From assembly GCA_963747235.1 (NCBI GenBank), contig CAVVEU010000033.1, forward strand, positions 32,001-96,000: 64,000 nt of DNA, read 5' to 3'. Every line of letters begins with the position of its first letter. Within the stretch, counting starts at the first letter, position 1. Shown piece after piece: positions 29,525-42,599 of the stretch. Under the pieces are notes generated by a model, which worked only from the letters and a program-made list of their open reading frames with translations, was not told where the DNA came from and did not search any database. The translations under genes were made by a program, and so were the position numbers. The DNA comes from an uncultured Candidatus Rokubacteria bacterium. Its GTDB lineage: Bacteria > Methylomirabilota > Methylomirabilia > Rokubacteriales > CSP1-6.

Positions 29525-30799
29525 ATGTCTTTCTCCGAATTCCAGCTTCATCCCGACCTGCTCCGTGGCGTCGAGGCCCTGGGCTTCCAGGCGCCGACCG
29601 CCATCCAGCGTGACGCCATTCCCCCGGCCATGGCCGGGCGCGACGTGCTCGCCTGCGCCATGACCGGCAGCGGCAAGACCGCGGCGTTCCTGCTGCCGAT
29701 TCTGCAGCGGCTGATCGGGCTTCCCCGCGGCACCACGCGTGCCCTGATCATCGCCCCCACCCGCGAGCTCGCGGCCCAGATCGACGAGCACCGCGGCCAG
29801 CTCGCCCGCCACACGCGGGTCAGCGGCGCGGCCATCTTCGGCGGCGTGGGCATGGGCCCGCAGGAGTCGGCGCTCCGCCGCGGCGTGGACATCCTCGTCG
29901 CCACGCCCGGCCGGCTGCTCGACCACATGCGCTATCCCTACACCAAGCTCGACGGCCTCCAGGTGCTGGTGCTGGACGAGGCCGACCGCATGCTCGACAT
30001 GGGCTTCCTGCCGGACATCCAGCGGATCCTGAAGCAGCTCCCGGCGCGCCGGCAGACCCTGCTGCTCTCCGCGACCATGCCCGGGCCCATCGCGGCGCTC
30101 GCGAGGCAGATCCTCCACGACCCGGTGGCCATCCAGATCGAGCGGCCGTCCGCGCCCGCGGTCGGCGTCACCCACACCGTGTACCAGGTGCCGCAGGAGC
30201 TGAAGTCGGCGCTGCTGGTCGAGCTGCTCAAGCAGCCCGGCACGCGCAGCGTGCTCGCCTTCACGCGCACCAAGCACCGGGCCAACCGGCTGGCCGACTA
30301 CCTGGCCCGGCACGGGGTCAAGGCCGACCGCATCCACGGCAATCGCAGCCAGGCGCAGCGGACCCAGGCGCTGGCCGGCTTCAAGGACGGGCGCTTCCAG
30401 GTGCTGGTGGCCACCGACATCGCGGCCCGCGGCATCGACATCGACGCGCTCAGCCACGTGGTGAACTTCGACGTGCCGGGCATGCCCGACGAGTACATCC
30501 ACCGGGTGGGCCGCACCGCGCGGGCCGAGGCGGTGGGCGACGCGCTCACGCTGGTCTCGCCGGACGAGGAAGGCGACCTGCGCGGCATCGAGCGGGCGGT
30601 GGGCTCGCGCTTCACGCGCGCGCAGCTACCCGGCTTCGACTACACCAAGCGGCCGGCCGACAAGCTGGAGATCCCGCTGGCCGAGCGCATCGCGCAGATC
30701 CGCGCCCGCAAGGCCGAGGATCGCCAGCGCGCCCGCGCCAACGCCGAGCGGCGCGCCGCGCACGGCGCCCGTCCCGCCCAGGTCACCCGCGGCCGTTAG
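29525..30799 (+). CDS. DEAD-box RNA helicase (RhlE-like)
   Basis: Q motif, TGSGKT, PTREL, DEAD, SAT, ARGID, HRVGRTAR. Confidence 0.95.
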   Translation: MSFSEFQLHPDLLRGVEALGFQAPTAIQRDAIPPAMAGRDVLACAMTGSGKTAAFLLPILQRLIGLPRGTTRALIIAPTRELAAQIDEHRGQLARHTRVSGAAIFGGVGMGPQESALRRGVDILVATPGRLLDHMRYPYTKLDGLQVLVLDEADRMLDMGFLPDIQRILKQLPARRQTLLLSATMPGPIAALARQILHDPVAIQIERPSAPAVGVTHTVYQVPQELKSALLVELLKQPGTRSVLAFTRTKHRANRLADYLARHGVKADRIHGNRSQAQRTQALAGFKDGRFQVLVATDIAARGIDIDALSHVVNFDVPGMPDEYIHRVGRTARAEAVGDALTLVSPDEEGDLRGIERAVGSRFTRAQLPGFDYTKRPADKLEIPLAERIAQIRARKAEDRQRARANAERRAAHGARPAQVTRGR

Positions 30800-30806
30800 T
30801 CAGCCT

Positions 30807-30855
30807 GGGGTCAGGTCTTGAATTGCGACATTGTCGTATTTCAAGACCTGACCCC
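30807..30855. repeat. 49-bp near-perfect palindrome (REP-like) between convergent genes
   Basis: GGGGTCAGGTCTTGAATTGCGACA-T-TGTCGTATTTCAAGACCTGACCCC; arms match at 22/24 positions. Confidence 0.8.
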
Positions 30856-31968
30856 GAAGCGGTCGTAGCGTAGACCCTTCCAGAGTGACTCGAGCGCGTC
30901 CTGGCCCAGGGCGAGGCGCGCGAGGATGTCGCCGATCATCGGGCTCAGCGCGAAGCCGTGGCCCGAGAAGCCGGCGGCGACCAGCAAGCCGCCGATGCCG
31001 GGCACCGGGCCCAGGATGGGCAGGTCGTCCGGCGTGAAGGCTTCGAGGCCCGCCCAGCTCCGCGCCAGCGCGCAGGCGCGAACCGGTGGAAACACCGCGC
31101 GCGCCGTCTCGAGGCTCGATCCAACGCTCTCCTCCAGCATCTCGTAGCGATTCCCCACATGGTCGGTGATCCGCGCGGGCCAGCCGCCGCCGATCAGGTA
31201 GGCGCCGTCGTCGAGCTGCTTGAGGCTCAGCCGGCGGTCGAAGGCGCCCAGCACCGGCCGGAGCGCGGGCGCGCCCGGCGCGGTGAGCAGCATCTGGAGC
31301 GGCCGCGTCTCGATCGGCAGCGTGAGGCCGACCCCCGCGAGGAGCGTCGCGCTCCACGCGCCGGCCGCCACGATCGCCACGTCGCAGGCCTCGCGCGCAC
31401 CGGCGCCGCGCTCGACGCCCACCACGCGGCCGCCCTCGACCACGAGCGCGCGCACGCCGACGCCCTCCTCGACCCGCGCGCCGAGCCGCCGCGCGGCGTG
31501 GGCGAAGGCCTCCGTCGCGGGCACGGCCTCGGCCTGGCCGTCGGTCGGCGCGTGCACCCCGCCGAGGCAGCCCTCCGCGATCCCCGGCGCGAGCGCGCGC
31601 GCCGCCTGCGCGTCCACGATCTCCACCGGCACCCCGTCGGCGCGCTGCTCCGCCACCCAGGGCCCCGCCGCGCGCCAGGCCGCCTCGTCGAGCGCCAGCC
31701 GCAGGCCACCGGTGCGCCGGTAGCAGGTCGGCGCCTCCAGCTCGCGATCGAGCCCGGGCCAGCGCGCGAGGCTCGCGAGCGCGAGCGCCCGCTCCGCCGG
31801 GTCGCGCCCCATCGCCCGCACGCCGGCCGCGCTGGCCCCGGAGGCGGCGGCGCCCACGCGGGCGCGCTCCAGCACGGTGACGCGCGTGCCCGGATCGGCG
31901 CGGCGCAGGTGAAAGGCGGCGGAGAGCCCCATGAGGCCGCCGCCCACGATCACGACCCGGGTCGCCAT
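30841..31968 (-). CDS. FAD-dependent oxidoreductase (DAO/sarcosine oxidase beta family)
   Basis: IVGGGLMG, ASGASAAG, AAGAWS, TPDDLPILG, GFSGHGF. Confidence 0.9.
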   Translation of the reverse strand: MATRVVIVGGGLMGLSAAFHLRRADPGTRVTVLERARVGAAASGASAAGVRAMGRDPAERALALASLARWPGLDRELEAPTCYRRTGGLRLALDEAAWRAAGPWVAEQRADGVPVEIVDAQAARALAPGIAEGCLGGVHAPTDGQAEAVPATEAFAHAARRLGARVEEGVGVRALVVEGGRVVGVERGAGAREACDVAIVAAGAWSATLLAGVGLTLPIETRPLQMLLTAPGAPALRPVLGAFDRRLSLKQLDDGAYLIGGGWPARITDHVGNRYEMLEESVGSSLETARAVFPPVRACALARSWAGLEAFTPDDLPILGPVPGIGGLLVAAGFSGHGFALSPMIGDILARLALGQDALESLWKGLRYDRFGVRS

Positions 31969-32031
31969 GGCGCCCGAGTCTAGCAGACTGGCCTTTCGGG
32001 CCGCCCGGCGGTAATCTTTCCGGAACCCCCC

Positions 32032-34245
32032 ATGTCCAAGACCATCCGCTATGAAGCACCCCGGCCGGCCGCCGCGCCGGGCGAGACCGTCGTCACCAGC
32101 ACCTGCGGCCACAACTGCGGCGGCCGCTGCGTGGTCAACGCCCACGTGCGCGACGGCCACATCGTCAAGATCAGCACCGATCCGCGCAAGTGGACGCCGG
32201 AAGAGGCGCCGCTCCACGCGTGCGTGCGCGGCTTCGGCCAGCTCGAGCGCCTGAATCATCCGGACCGCGTCACCCACCCGCTACGGCGCGTGGGCCCGCG
32301 CGGCGCCGGGCAGTTCGAGCGCATCGGCTGGGACGAGGCGCTCGACGAGGTCGCGCGCCAGATGCTCCGCATCCGCGAGGCGCACGGGCCGGCGGCCATC
32401 CTCGACTGCTCGCGCACCGGCAGCCTCTCGATGCTGCACAGCCGGTCCACCGTCAAGCGCCTGCTCTACATGTTCGGCGGCTGCACCGAGCTGTGGACGA
32501 ACATCTCGGCGGAGGCCGAGGTCTTCGCGGTGCGCCAGACCTACGGGGCCAAGGCCGACTACAAGAGCGCGGGCCGCGAGCCCACCGACTACGTGAACTC
32601 GCGGCTGATCGTCATGTGGGGCTGGAGCCCCGCCGACGGCACCTTCGGCACCGGCACGCTGCAGTACCTGAAGCTCGCCAAGAAGCGCGGCGTGAGGATC
32701 ATCTGCGTGGACCCGCGGCGCACCCGCACGAGCTGGGAGCTCGCGGACCAGCACGTGTTCATCAATCCGGCGACCGACACCGCCGCGCTGATCGCGATGG
32801 CGTACGTGATCCTGACCGAGGGCCTCCACGATCAGGCCTATCTCGACCGGCACGTGCTGGGCTTCGACGAGGCGCACCTGCCGCCCGGCGCGCCCGCGGG
32901 CGCCTCGTACCGCAGCTATCTCCTCGGCGAGACCGACGGCGTGCCCAAGACACCCGAGTGGGCGGCCGCGATCACCGGCGTGCCCGCCGAGACCCTGCGC
33001 GCCCTCGCCATCGAGTACGCGAGCACCAAGCCCGCCGCGCTCCAGACCGGCTACGCGCCCGGGCGCACGCTCCACGGCGAGCAGTTCCACCGCGCGGCCT
33101 ACGCGCTCTGCGCGATGACCGGCAACGTGGGCATCCCGGGCGGCAACGCGGGCACCAGCAACGGCGCCACCGGGCGCGGCGGGATCCAGGCGCTCCCCAC
33201 CGGGGAGAATCCGGTGGACGGGCGGGTCTCCTCGCCGCTGCTGGCCGATCTGCTGGAGCGCGGCAAGGCGGGCGGCTACCCGGCCGACGTGAAGATGATC
33301 TACTCCTGCGCGGGCGATCTCTTCAACCAGCTCCCCAACGTGACCCGGATCCTCAAGGGCGTGGAGCGGCTCGACTTCGTGGTGGTCCAGGATCACTTCG
33401 TCACGCCGACCGCGCGCTACGCCGACATCGTGCTGCCCGCGACCACGTTCTGGGAGCGCAACGACGTCCACACCCCGTGGGCGGGCGCCGGCCACTACGC
33501 GATCTTCATGCAGCAGGCGATCGCGCCGGTGGGCGAGTGCCGGAACGATCTCGACATCTGCGCGGCCCTGGCCGAGCGCCTGGGCATCAAGGGCTACAAC
33601 GACAAGACGGAAGACGAGTGGCTGCGCGAGCTGACGAAGCACACCATCGACGACTACGAGACGTTCCGGGCCAAGGGTCTCGCGCGGCTGCCCGCCCCCG
33701 ACGACGCGGTGGCCTTCGCGAAGGAGATCCGCGATCCCGACCGGCACCCGTTCACGACGCCGTCGGGCAAGATCGAGATCTACTCGATGAGCCTGGCCGC
33801 CCGGCCGGATCCCTACGGGCTCGGATCGATCCCGCCGATCCCCACCTGGATCCCGGAGGAGGTGGACCCGCGCCATCCGCTGCGGCTCGTGACGCCCAAG
33901 TCCCGCGCGCGCACGCACTCGATCCACGACAACCAGACGATCCTGTCGCGCGCCGACCGCGACGACGTGTGGATCCACCCGGCCGACGCGGCCGCGCGCG
34001 GCATCGTGGACGGCCAGCGCGTGCGCGTGTTCAACGGGCGCGGCCGGACCCTGATCCCGGCGCGCGTCACCGATCGGGTGGCGCCCGGCGCGGTCTCGAT
34101 CAAGGAAGGCGCGTGGTTCGCCCTCGATGCGGAGGGGCAGGACACGCGCGGCTGCTCGAACTTGCTGACCGACGACCGCTCGTCACCCGCGGGCGCGACG
34201 CCGTTCAACTCCTGCTTCGTGGACGTCGAAGCCGCAGGGCGCTGA
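32032..34245 (+). CDS. DMSO reductase family molybdoenzyme (DmsA-like, no Tat signal)
   Basis: CGHNCGGRC...C, IGWDEALD, TPTARYADIVLP, TPSGKIEIYS, RTHS. Confidence 0.88.
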   Translation: MSKTIRYEAPRPAAAPGETVVTSTCGHNCGGRCVVNAHVRDGHIVKISTDPRKWTPEEAPLHACVRGFGQLERLNHPDRVTHPLRRVGPRGAGQFERIGWDEALDEVARQMLRIREAHGPAAILDCSRTGSLSMLHSRSTVKRLLYMFGGCTELWTNISAEAEVFAVRQTYGAKADYKSAGREPTDYVNSRLIVMWGWSPADGTFGTGTLQYLKLAKKRGVRIICVDPRRTRTSWELADQHVFINPATDTAALIAMAYVILTEGLHDQAYLDRHVLGFDEAHLPPGAPAGASYRSYLLGETDGVPKTPEWAAAITGVPAETLRALAIEYASTKPAALQTGYAPGRTLHGEQFHRAAYALCAMTGNVGIPGGNAGTSNGATGRGGIQALPTGENPVDGRVSSPLLADLLERGKAGGYPADVKMIYSCAGDLFNQLPNVTRILKGVERLDFVVVQDHFVTPTARYADIVLPATTFWERNDVHTPWAGAGHYAIFMQQAIAPVGECRNDLDICAALAERLGIKGYNDKTEDEWLRELTKHTIDDYETFRAKGLARLPAPDDAVAFAKEIRDPDRHPFTTPSGKIEIYSMSLAARPDPYGLGSIPPIPTWIPEEVDPRHPLRLVTPKSRARTHSIHDNQTILSRADRDDVWIHPADAAARGIVDGQRVRVFNGRGRTLIPARVTDRVAPGAVSIKEGAWFALDAEGQDTRGCSNLLTDDRSSPAGATPFNSCFVDVEAAGR

Positions 34246-34291
34246 AAACGGCCCATCTGCTTCGTTGGCGCCCTCGGTCGCGCTCCGCGGC

Positions 34292-34636
34292 CTAGTACGC
34301 CGGGATGAGCTGCAGGCGGACCCGCGTCGACCAGTCGCGCACCACCCGCACGAGCACGGTGGCCGGCCGGTAGCCGGGCGCGGTGACGGTCAGCGCGTGC
34401 AGGCCGACGCGTGCCTCCACCAGGGACGCCTGGAGGTCGTTGGCCACGCCGATCGGCTTGCCGTCGAGGCTCACCTCCGCGAACGATGGGAACGCGTTGA
34501 TGTAGAGCGCGCCACCCCGGCTGTAGCCGGAGTAGCCGTAGACCGGGCCCATGTAGGTGGTATCCGCCGCGCGGGCGTGACTCACGACGCCGGCCACCAG
34601 CAGGGGGAAAAGGACCAGGAACACGCGCAGCGACAT
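34292..34636 (-). CDS. Secreted PEGA-domain protein
   Basis: Signal peptide; GALYINAFPSFAEVSLDG...GLHALTVTAPGY. Confidence 0.7.
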   Translation of the reverse strand: MSLRVFLVLFPLLVAGVVSHARAADTTYMGPVYGYSGYSRGGALYINAFPSFAEVSLDGKPIGVANDLQASLVEARVGLHALTVTAPGYRPATVLVRVVRDWSTRVRLQLIPAY

Positions 34637-34658
34637 GCGGAACTCTCCTCGAGATCGG

Positions 34659-35958
34659 TTAGCCGTCGGTGACACAGCGGAACTTGGCGAACACGTACGG
34701 ATAGTGCGCCTGGAACCAGTTGCGGAAGCTCGGGCGCACCAGCGGGCCGGCGGTGGCCCACGACCCGCCCTTCAGCACGTAGTGCTTGCCGTCGAAGAAG
34801 TCGGCCGAGTAGCCCTCGTAGCCCGGGATGTAGGTGGTGAAGCCGGGCAGGCCCGCGAAGACGGTGCTCGTCCACTCCCAGCCGTCGCCGACCAGGTCCT
34901 GCACGCCCCAGGGGCTCGCGCTCTCGGGATGCGTGCCCACCGGCGTGGGCGCCCAGTGACGGAAGCCGATATTGCCGTCCTCGGGCCGTCCGCCCTTCGC
35001 GGGTCCGGACGCGGCGCGATGGAACTCGGCCTCGCTCGGCAGGCGGCCGCCGCGCCAGCGCGCAAAGGCGCGGGCCTCCGCCAGGCTCACGTAGACCGGC
35101 CAGTCCGCCACCCGATCGAGCGGGAGGCGGTCGAAGAGCGTGCGATACATCCACGCGCCGTCCACCAGCTCCCACACCGCCGGATGCTCGACCGCGTCGT
35201 GGCCGCGCCACACCCAGTCCTCGTCGGTCCACAGGTCGGCGCGCTGGTAGCCGCCGTCCTCGACGAAGGCCTGGAACTGGCGATTGGTCACCGCGGTGGC
35301 GTCCATCGAGAAGGCGGGCACGTGGACCTCGAGGGCGGAGAACTCGTTGTCCCACCCGAAGGGCAGCTCGTCGAACCGGGCGCCGAGCGTGGCCGGGCCG
35401 GCCGGGATCTCGACGGGGCCGGCGGGGCGGCCGGGCCCGAGCACGTAGGGCGGCAGCCAGGCCGGACGCATCTTGCGCTCGAGCGGCAGCCGCTGCAGCA
35501 TGTACAGCAGAGTCTCCTGATGCATGTACTCGTGCTCGATCACCATGCTGAAGACGCGGCCCTCCCGGGCCATCAGGTGCGTGTCCGCGCGCGCCGCCAC
35601 CGCGTCCACGGACGCGAGCAGGGCCTCGCGCACGCGATCGCGATAGGCGACGACCTCGGCCACCGCGGGCCAGCGGTCCGGGACCTCGGGATGGTCGTGG
35701 CAATGCGTCGGATCGTCCACGTCGGGGTCGATGCCGCGCGAGAAGAGCTCGTCGAAGGCCGCGTTGAACGGGGGCCGCTCGAGCACGCCGCCGCTCACAT
35801 GGTTCCAGGCGAAGGCCGGCAGGTGGCCCAGGTAGAAGATGAACGGGTGGCGCAGCGCGATCGGCTGGGCGAGCCAGCTTCCCGGGCGCGAGGATCTCGA
35901 AGATCCGATCGGTGCGTGCCCACGCGTCGGTCAGCCGGTCCGCAATCGTCTCGACCAT
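34659..35958 (-). CDS. egtB: Ergothioneine sulfoxide synthase, EgtB/Egt1-like (DinB + FGE domains; frameshift ~35880)
   Basis: LRHPFIFYLGHLPAF, EHEYMHQETLL iron ligands, FGWDNE, GDGWEWT, YSADFFDGKH, RPSFRNWF; divergent from egtD. Confidence 0.82.
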
Positions 35959-36019
35959 GTCACTCCTTCCGGGCCCCTCGGGGCCCCTGGTGGCGTCTAG
36001 CTTGCAGCAGGACGATGCC

Positions 36020-36994
36020 ATGCGCTACCGGCTAGAAATTCATACGGACGAAACGGCGCGCCAGGAGCGCCTGGAAGCGGACGTGCGCGAGGGCCTCACC
36101 GCGTGGCAGAAGTCCCTGCCGCCGAAGTACTTTTACGACCGCGCGGGGTCGCTGCTGTTCGAGCGGATCACCGAGCTGCCGGAGTATTATCCGACCCGCA
36201 CCGAGGCCGCTCTGCTGGGGGAAATTGTGCCCGGGTTGATCGGGGAAATTCTTCCCGATGACATCGTGGAAATCGGCGCCGGCTCGTCCGAGAAGACCCG
36301 CCTGATCCTGGACGCGGCCACCGCGCGGGGGCGGGCGATCCGCTACGTGCCGCTGGACGTGGACCGCCTCACCCTCGAGGCCACCGCCGCCCGGCTCACC
36401 CGGGACTACCCGGCGCTCTCCGTGCACGCGGTGGTCGGCGATTTCGAGCGGGATCTGGCCCACGTGCCGCCGCCCACCGGCCGGCGCCTCGCGCTCTTCC
36501 TGGGGAGCACCATCGGCAATCTCGACGCGCCCGAGCGGCAGCGCCTGCTCGCGGGCCTGCGCGCGCTCCTGCCCGACTCCGGCGATCGGTTGCTGCTCGG
36601 CGTGGACCTGGTCAAGGACGTCAAGGTGCTCCGGGCGGCGTACGACGACTCGGCCGGCGTCACCCGCGACTTCAACCGCAATATCCTGCACGTGATCAAC
36701 CACGCGCTGGACGGCGACTTCGAGCCCGAGGCCTTCCGCCACCACGCGTTCTACAACGAGGAGGCCTCCCGCATCGAGATGCACCTGGTGGCCGACACCG
36801 CCCAGACCGTGAAGCTCGGGCGCCTGGGGCTCACCGTCCGCTTCCAGCCCGGCGAGGGCATCTGGACCGAGAACTCCTACAAGTTCACGCGCGACGGCGT
36901 GGAGGCGATGCTGGCCGGCGCCTCGCTCGACCTCGTGCAGTGGCACGTGGACCCCGCGAACTACTTCGCCCTGGCGCTCGCCGCGCCGCGGTGA
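36020..36994 (+). CDS. egtD: L-histidine N-alpha-methyltransferase
   Basis: KSLPPKYFYD, LFERITELPEYYPTRTE, FLGSTIGN, AYDDSAGVT, RIEMHL, TENSYKF. Confidence 0.93.
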   Translation: MRYRLEIHTDETARQERLEADVREGLTAWQKSLPPKYFYDRAGSLLFERITELPEYYPTRTEAALLGEIVPGLIGEILPDDIVEIGAGSSEKTRLILDAATARGRAIRYVPLDVDRLTLEATAARLTRDYPALSVHAVVGDFERDLAHVPPPTGRRLALFLGSTIGNLDAPERQRLLAGLRALLPDSGDRLLLGVDLVKDVKVLRAAYDDSAGVTRDFNRNILHVINHALDGDFEPEAFRHHAFYNEEASRIEMHLVADTAQTVKLGRLGLTVRFQPGEGIWTENSYKFTRDGVEAMLAGASLDLVQWHVDPANYFALALAAPR

Positions 36995-37792
36995 GCGCAG
37001 CGGACGACGCCGCGTACGCGCAGCCCACCCCGCGCCTCCTCTACGTCCACGACGATCTGACCGACGAGGTGGCGCGCCACGAGGGCGTGGGCTCGCCCGC
37101 CGCCGCGCTCGCGCGCGACCTGCTCGCGCTGCTCGCCCGCGATCCGGAGCGGGTGCGCATCCTGACGCTCGGCGAGCAGGTGGAGCGCGTGGTGGCCCAG
37201 GGCGCACCACGCGCCCTTCGCGCTGGCGCTCGGGATCGGCGCGGCCGGGCAGCGCGTGGCCGAGGCCCTGCACGCGCGCGCGGGCTGGTTCCCGCGCATC
37301 CGCCGCATCGGCCTCACCCGCGAGGAGGACGGCCGCGGCGGCTACCGCGTGATCAGCACCGAGGCGGGCGATCTCGCGGCCCAGCTCGACGGCGTGGCCG
37401 ACTGCGCGTCGCTCGCGGTGGTGGACGACACCGTGTTCTCCGGACTCACGATGCGCGCCCTGATTTCGGCACTGCCCGAGGCTGCGCGCGGGCGTACCCA
37501 CGCGTTCTGCCTGCGCGGCGTCGCCGAGTCCATCGCGGCGGTGGCGGCGCTCTGTCCCATCACCGCGGGCGTCGCCGCCCCCGGGCGCCGGCTCGAGGAC
37601 GTGAGCTTCATCAACGCGAGCGGGCTGGTGCGGCGCGTGGCCATCCGGCGCGCGGGGCTGCCGCCGCTCGCGTTCTTTGACCGGCCGGAGTGGATCCGCG
37701 CGTGGTTCCCGGGCCAACACGCCGAAGTCCTCGCGGTTTGTGCAGCGTCTCAATGCGTTGCTCGACGGGTCCCCTTCCGGCTGACACCGTAG
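36991..37792 (+). CDS. Hypothetical protein with type I phosphoribosyltransferase-like motif (frameshift ~37205, possibly also ~37745)
   Basis: GTGA overlap with the egtD stop; LAVVDDTVFSGLT resembles the PRPP-binding loop. Confidence 0.6.
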
Positions 37793-37906
37793 CTTCTCTT
37801 TCTGATTCGCTCGGCTCGCCTTCGGCTCACCTCGCAAAGCTTCGGCCGCTCGTCAGCCCGGTCAGCAGTCGACCGTCTCGGCAATGTTCGTCCCGTCTCC
37901 TCCTCA

Positions 37907-39414
37907 TCACCGCAGCCCGCGCGGCACCACCACGCGGTCGGCCAGCTCGAACAGCGCGTGAAAGACCAGCGCCATGGCCGCCGCGGGCGCCGCCCCGGCC
38001 AGGATCGTCGCGGTGTCGTCGAGCGCCAGGCCGCGCACGATCAGCGCGCCGTAGCCGCCGCCGCCGATGAAGGCGGCGAGGGTGGCCGTGCCCACCGTGG
38101 TCACCGCGGCGGTCTTGATGCCGGCCATGATCGGGATCGCGGCGAGCGGCAGCTCGATCCGGAGCAGGCGGCGCAGCGGGGCGAGGCGCAGCACGCCGGC
38201 GATCTCGAGCAGGGTGCGGTCGATCGCGATCAGGCCCGCGTAGGTGTTCCGCGCGATCGGCAGCAGCGCGTAGAGCGACAGCGCGACCAGCGCGGGGCCC
38301 TTGCCGATGCCGAACAGCGGGATCATGAACATCAGCAGCGCCAGCGCGGGCACGGTCTGGAGCATCGCGATGGCGGAGAGCTCGAGCTGGCCGGCCCGCC
38401 GGTAGCGCGCGGCGACGATGCCCATGGGGATGCCGAGCACGATCGCCACGCCCACCGAGATCAGCACGAGCAGCAGATGGTCCACGCGTGAGCGCGCCGA
38501 GCTCGGCCAGCATCTCCCGGTGGCGTCCCGCGCCCTCGCGGCGCGGCCGCGCCCAGGAACACCGCGGCCACCTCGGAGACGCGCCGGCCGTCCAGGTCGG
38601 CCATCGCGTTCAGGCGGGCCATGCGCGCGCCGTCGAGCCGGCCCTCGAGCGCCTCGCGCAGCCGCGCCCAGGTGCGCGGGTAGCGCTCGGTCATCTCCCG
38701 GCGCGCCAGGAGCACCGCGGAGTAGTCGGGGAAGAAGCGCCGGTCGTCGTCGAGGAGGCGCAGCTGCAGGCGCTCGAGCTGGCCGTCGGTGGAGAACACG
38801 TCCATGACATCCACCTGCCCGCTCGCGATCGCGCGATAGGTCAGCGCGTGCTCCATCACCTCCGTCCGGGCCAGGGTCAGGCCGTAGCGCGCGCGCAGGC
38901 CGGGCCAGCCGTCCTCGCGCTCGAGAAAGCCCGAGCTGAAGGCGGCGCGCAGCTCCGGATGCCGGGCCAGATCGCCGATGGTCCGCAGCCCGAGGCGCTC
39001 CGCCACGTCGGCGCGGACCGCGAGGGCATAGGTATTGGCGAAGCCGAGCGAGGCGCTGACCGTGAGCCCGATCGGCACGAGGCGCCCGCGAATGGCCTCC
39101 GGCGTCTCCAGCGCGCCGTCCTTCAGGAGGACGCGCGCCAGCGTGCCCGTGTATTCCGGATAGAGGTCGATCGCGCCGGATTCGAGCGCCCGGTAGGTCA
39201 GGCCGGTGCCGCCCAGGCCCACCCGCCGCTCCACGCGCGCCTCGCCGACCTGTTCGATGATCTGGGCCGCGATCTCGGCCAGGATGTAGCTCTCGGTGAA
39301 GGACTTCGAGCCCACGCGGATCAGCCCATCCGGCGCCGCGCCGGCGCCCGACGCGCTCAGCAGCAGCGCGGCGAGCGCCAGGCCGCCGAGCGTCGAGCGT
39401 GGGAGCGCGCGCAT
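37907..39414 (-). CDS. Quaternary-amine (glycine betaine-type) ABC transporter substrate-binding + permease, probably one fused gene (indels ~38490-38560)
   Basis: GSKSFTESYILAE, YPEYTGT, FANTYAL; then QTVPALAL, IELPLA, ATLAAFIGGGGYG. Confidence 0.8.
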
Positions 39415-39417
39415 CCG

Positions 39418-42047
<2,630 letters not shown>

Positions 42048-42076
42048 GAGAGGCTGCTAAGGCCCCCTTCGATTAC

Positions 42077-42397
42077 TTAGCGCCAGTTTCCGCCGCCACC
42101 GCCGCTGCTGCGACCGCCGAACCCGCCGCCGCTGCTGCGGGGCTTGTCGGTCTTGGGCTTGGCGACCTCGACCTTCAGCGACCGCCCGTCGAGCGGGCGC
42201 TCGTTGAGCTGGGTGACCGCCTGCTGCGCCTCGTCGGCGGTTGACATCTCGACGAAGCCGAAGCCGCGGGACTGGCCGGAGAACTGGTCGGTCACGATGG
42301 CGGCCGAGACGACGGTGCCGGACTGCGTGAAGTGCGCGCGCAGGCCTTCGCTGGTGGTCGTGAATGCAATACCGCCTACATAGAGTTTCTGGGACAT
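42077..42397 (-). CDS. RRM RNA-binding protein with Gly-rich tail
   Basis: RNP2 LYVGGI and RNP1 RGFGFVEM. Confidence 0.93.
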   Translation of the reverse strand: MSQKLYVGGIAFTTTSEGLRAHFTQSGTVVSAAIVTDQFSGQSRGFGFVEMSTADEAQQAVTQLNERPLDGRSLKVEVAKPKTDKPRSSGGGFGGRSSGGGGGNWR

Positions 42398-42599
42398 GAG
42401 GGTCTCCTGAATTGTGCTTCCGCACGATGGAACGTCTCTGACGCGCGGAAGGGACCGGAGACGCTGCCTGATGTGGGGGGACTCGAAGGTGAGCCGCTAC
42501 CTTGGACCAGACGACCACCAGTATACAGGCCCCCGGGGGCGGGCGTCGCCCTATTCCGGGCCCGACCGCGTGGTAGGCTAGCCCGCGAGAGCGGGTGCC

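Noticed and set aside
34241-34292. GCTGAAAACGGCCCATCTGCTTCGTTGGCGCCCTCGG segment resembling a truncated dispersed repeat
   Set aside because: Single copy in the window with no matching inverted end; cannot be supported without a genome-wide search.
34659-36994. Selenoneine (senABC) or ovothiol (ovoA) cluster
   Set aside because: No SenB glycosyltransferase or SelD/SenC is adjacent, and there is no C-terminal methyltransferase domain as in OvoA. The EgtD neighbour favours ergothioneine.
37768-37900. Pyrimidine-rich segment between convergent genes as an ncRNA or repeat
   Set aside because: No second copy, no clear long stem and no recognisable RNA family.
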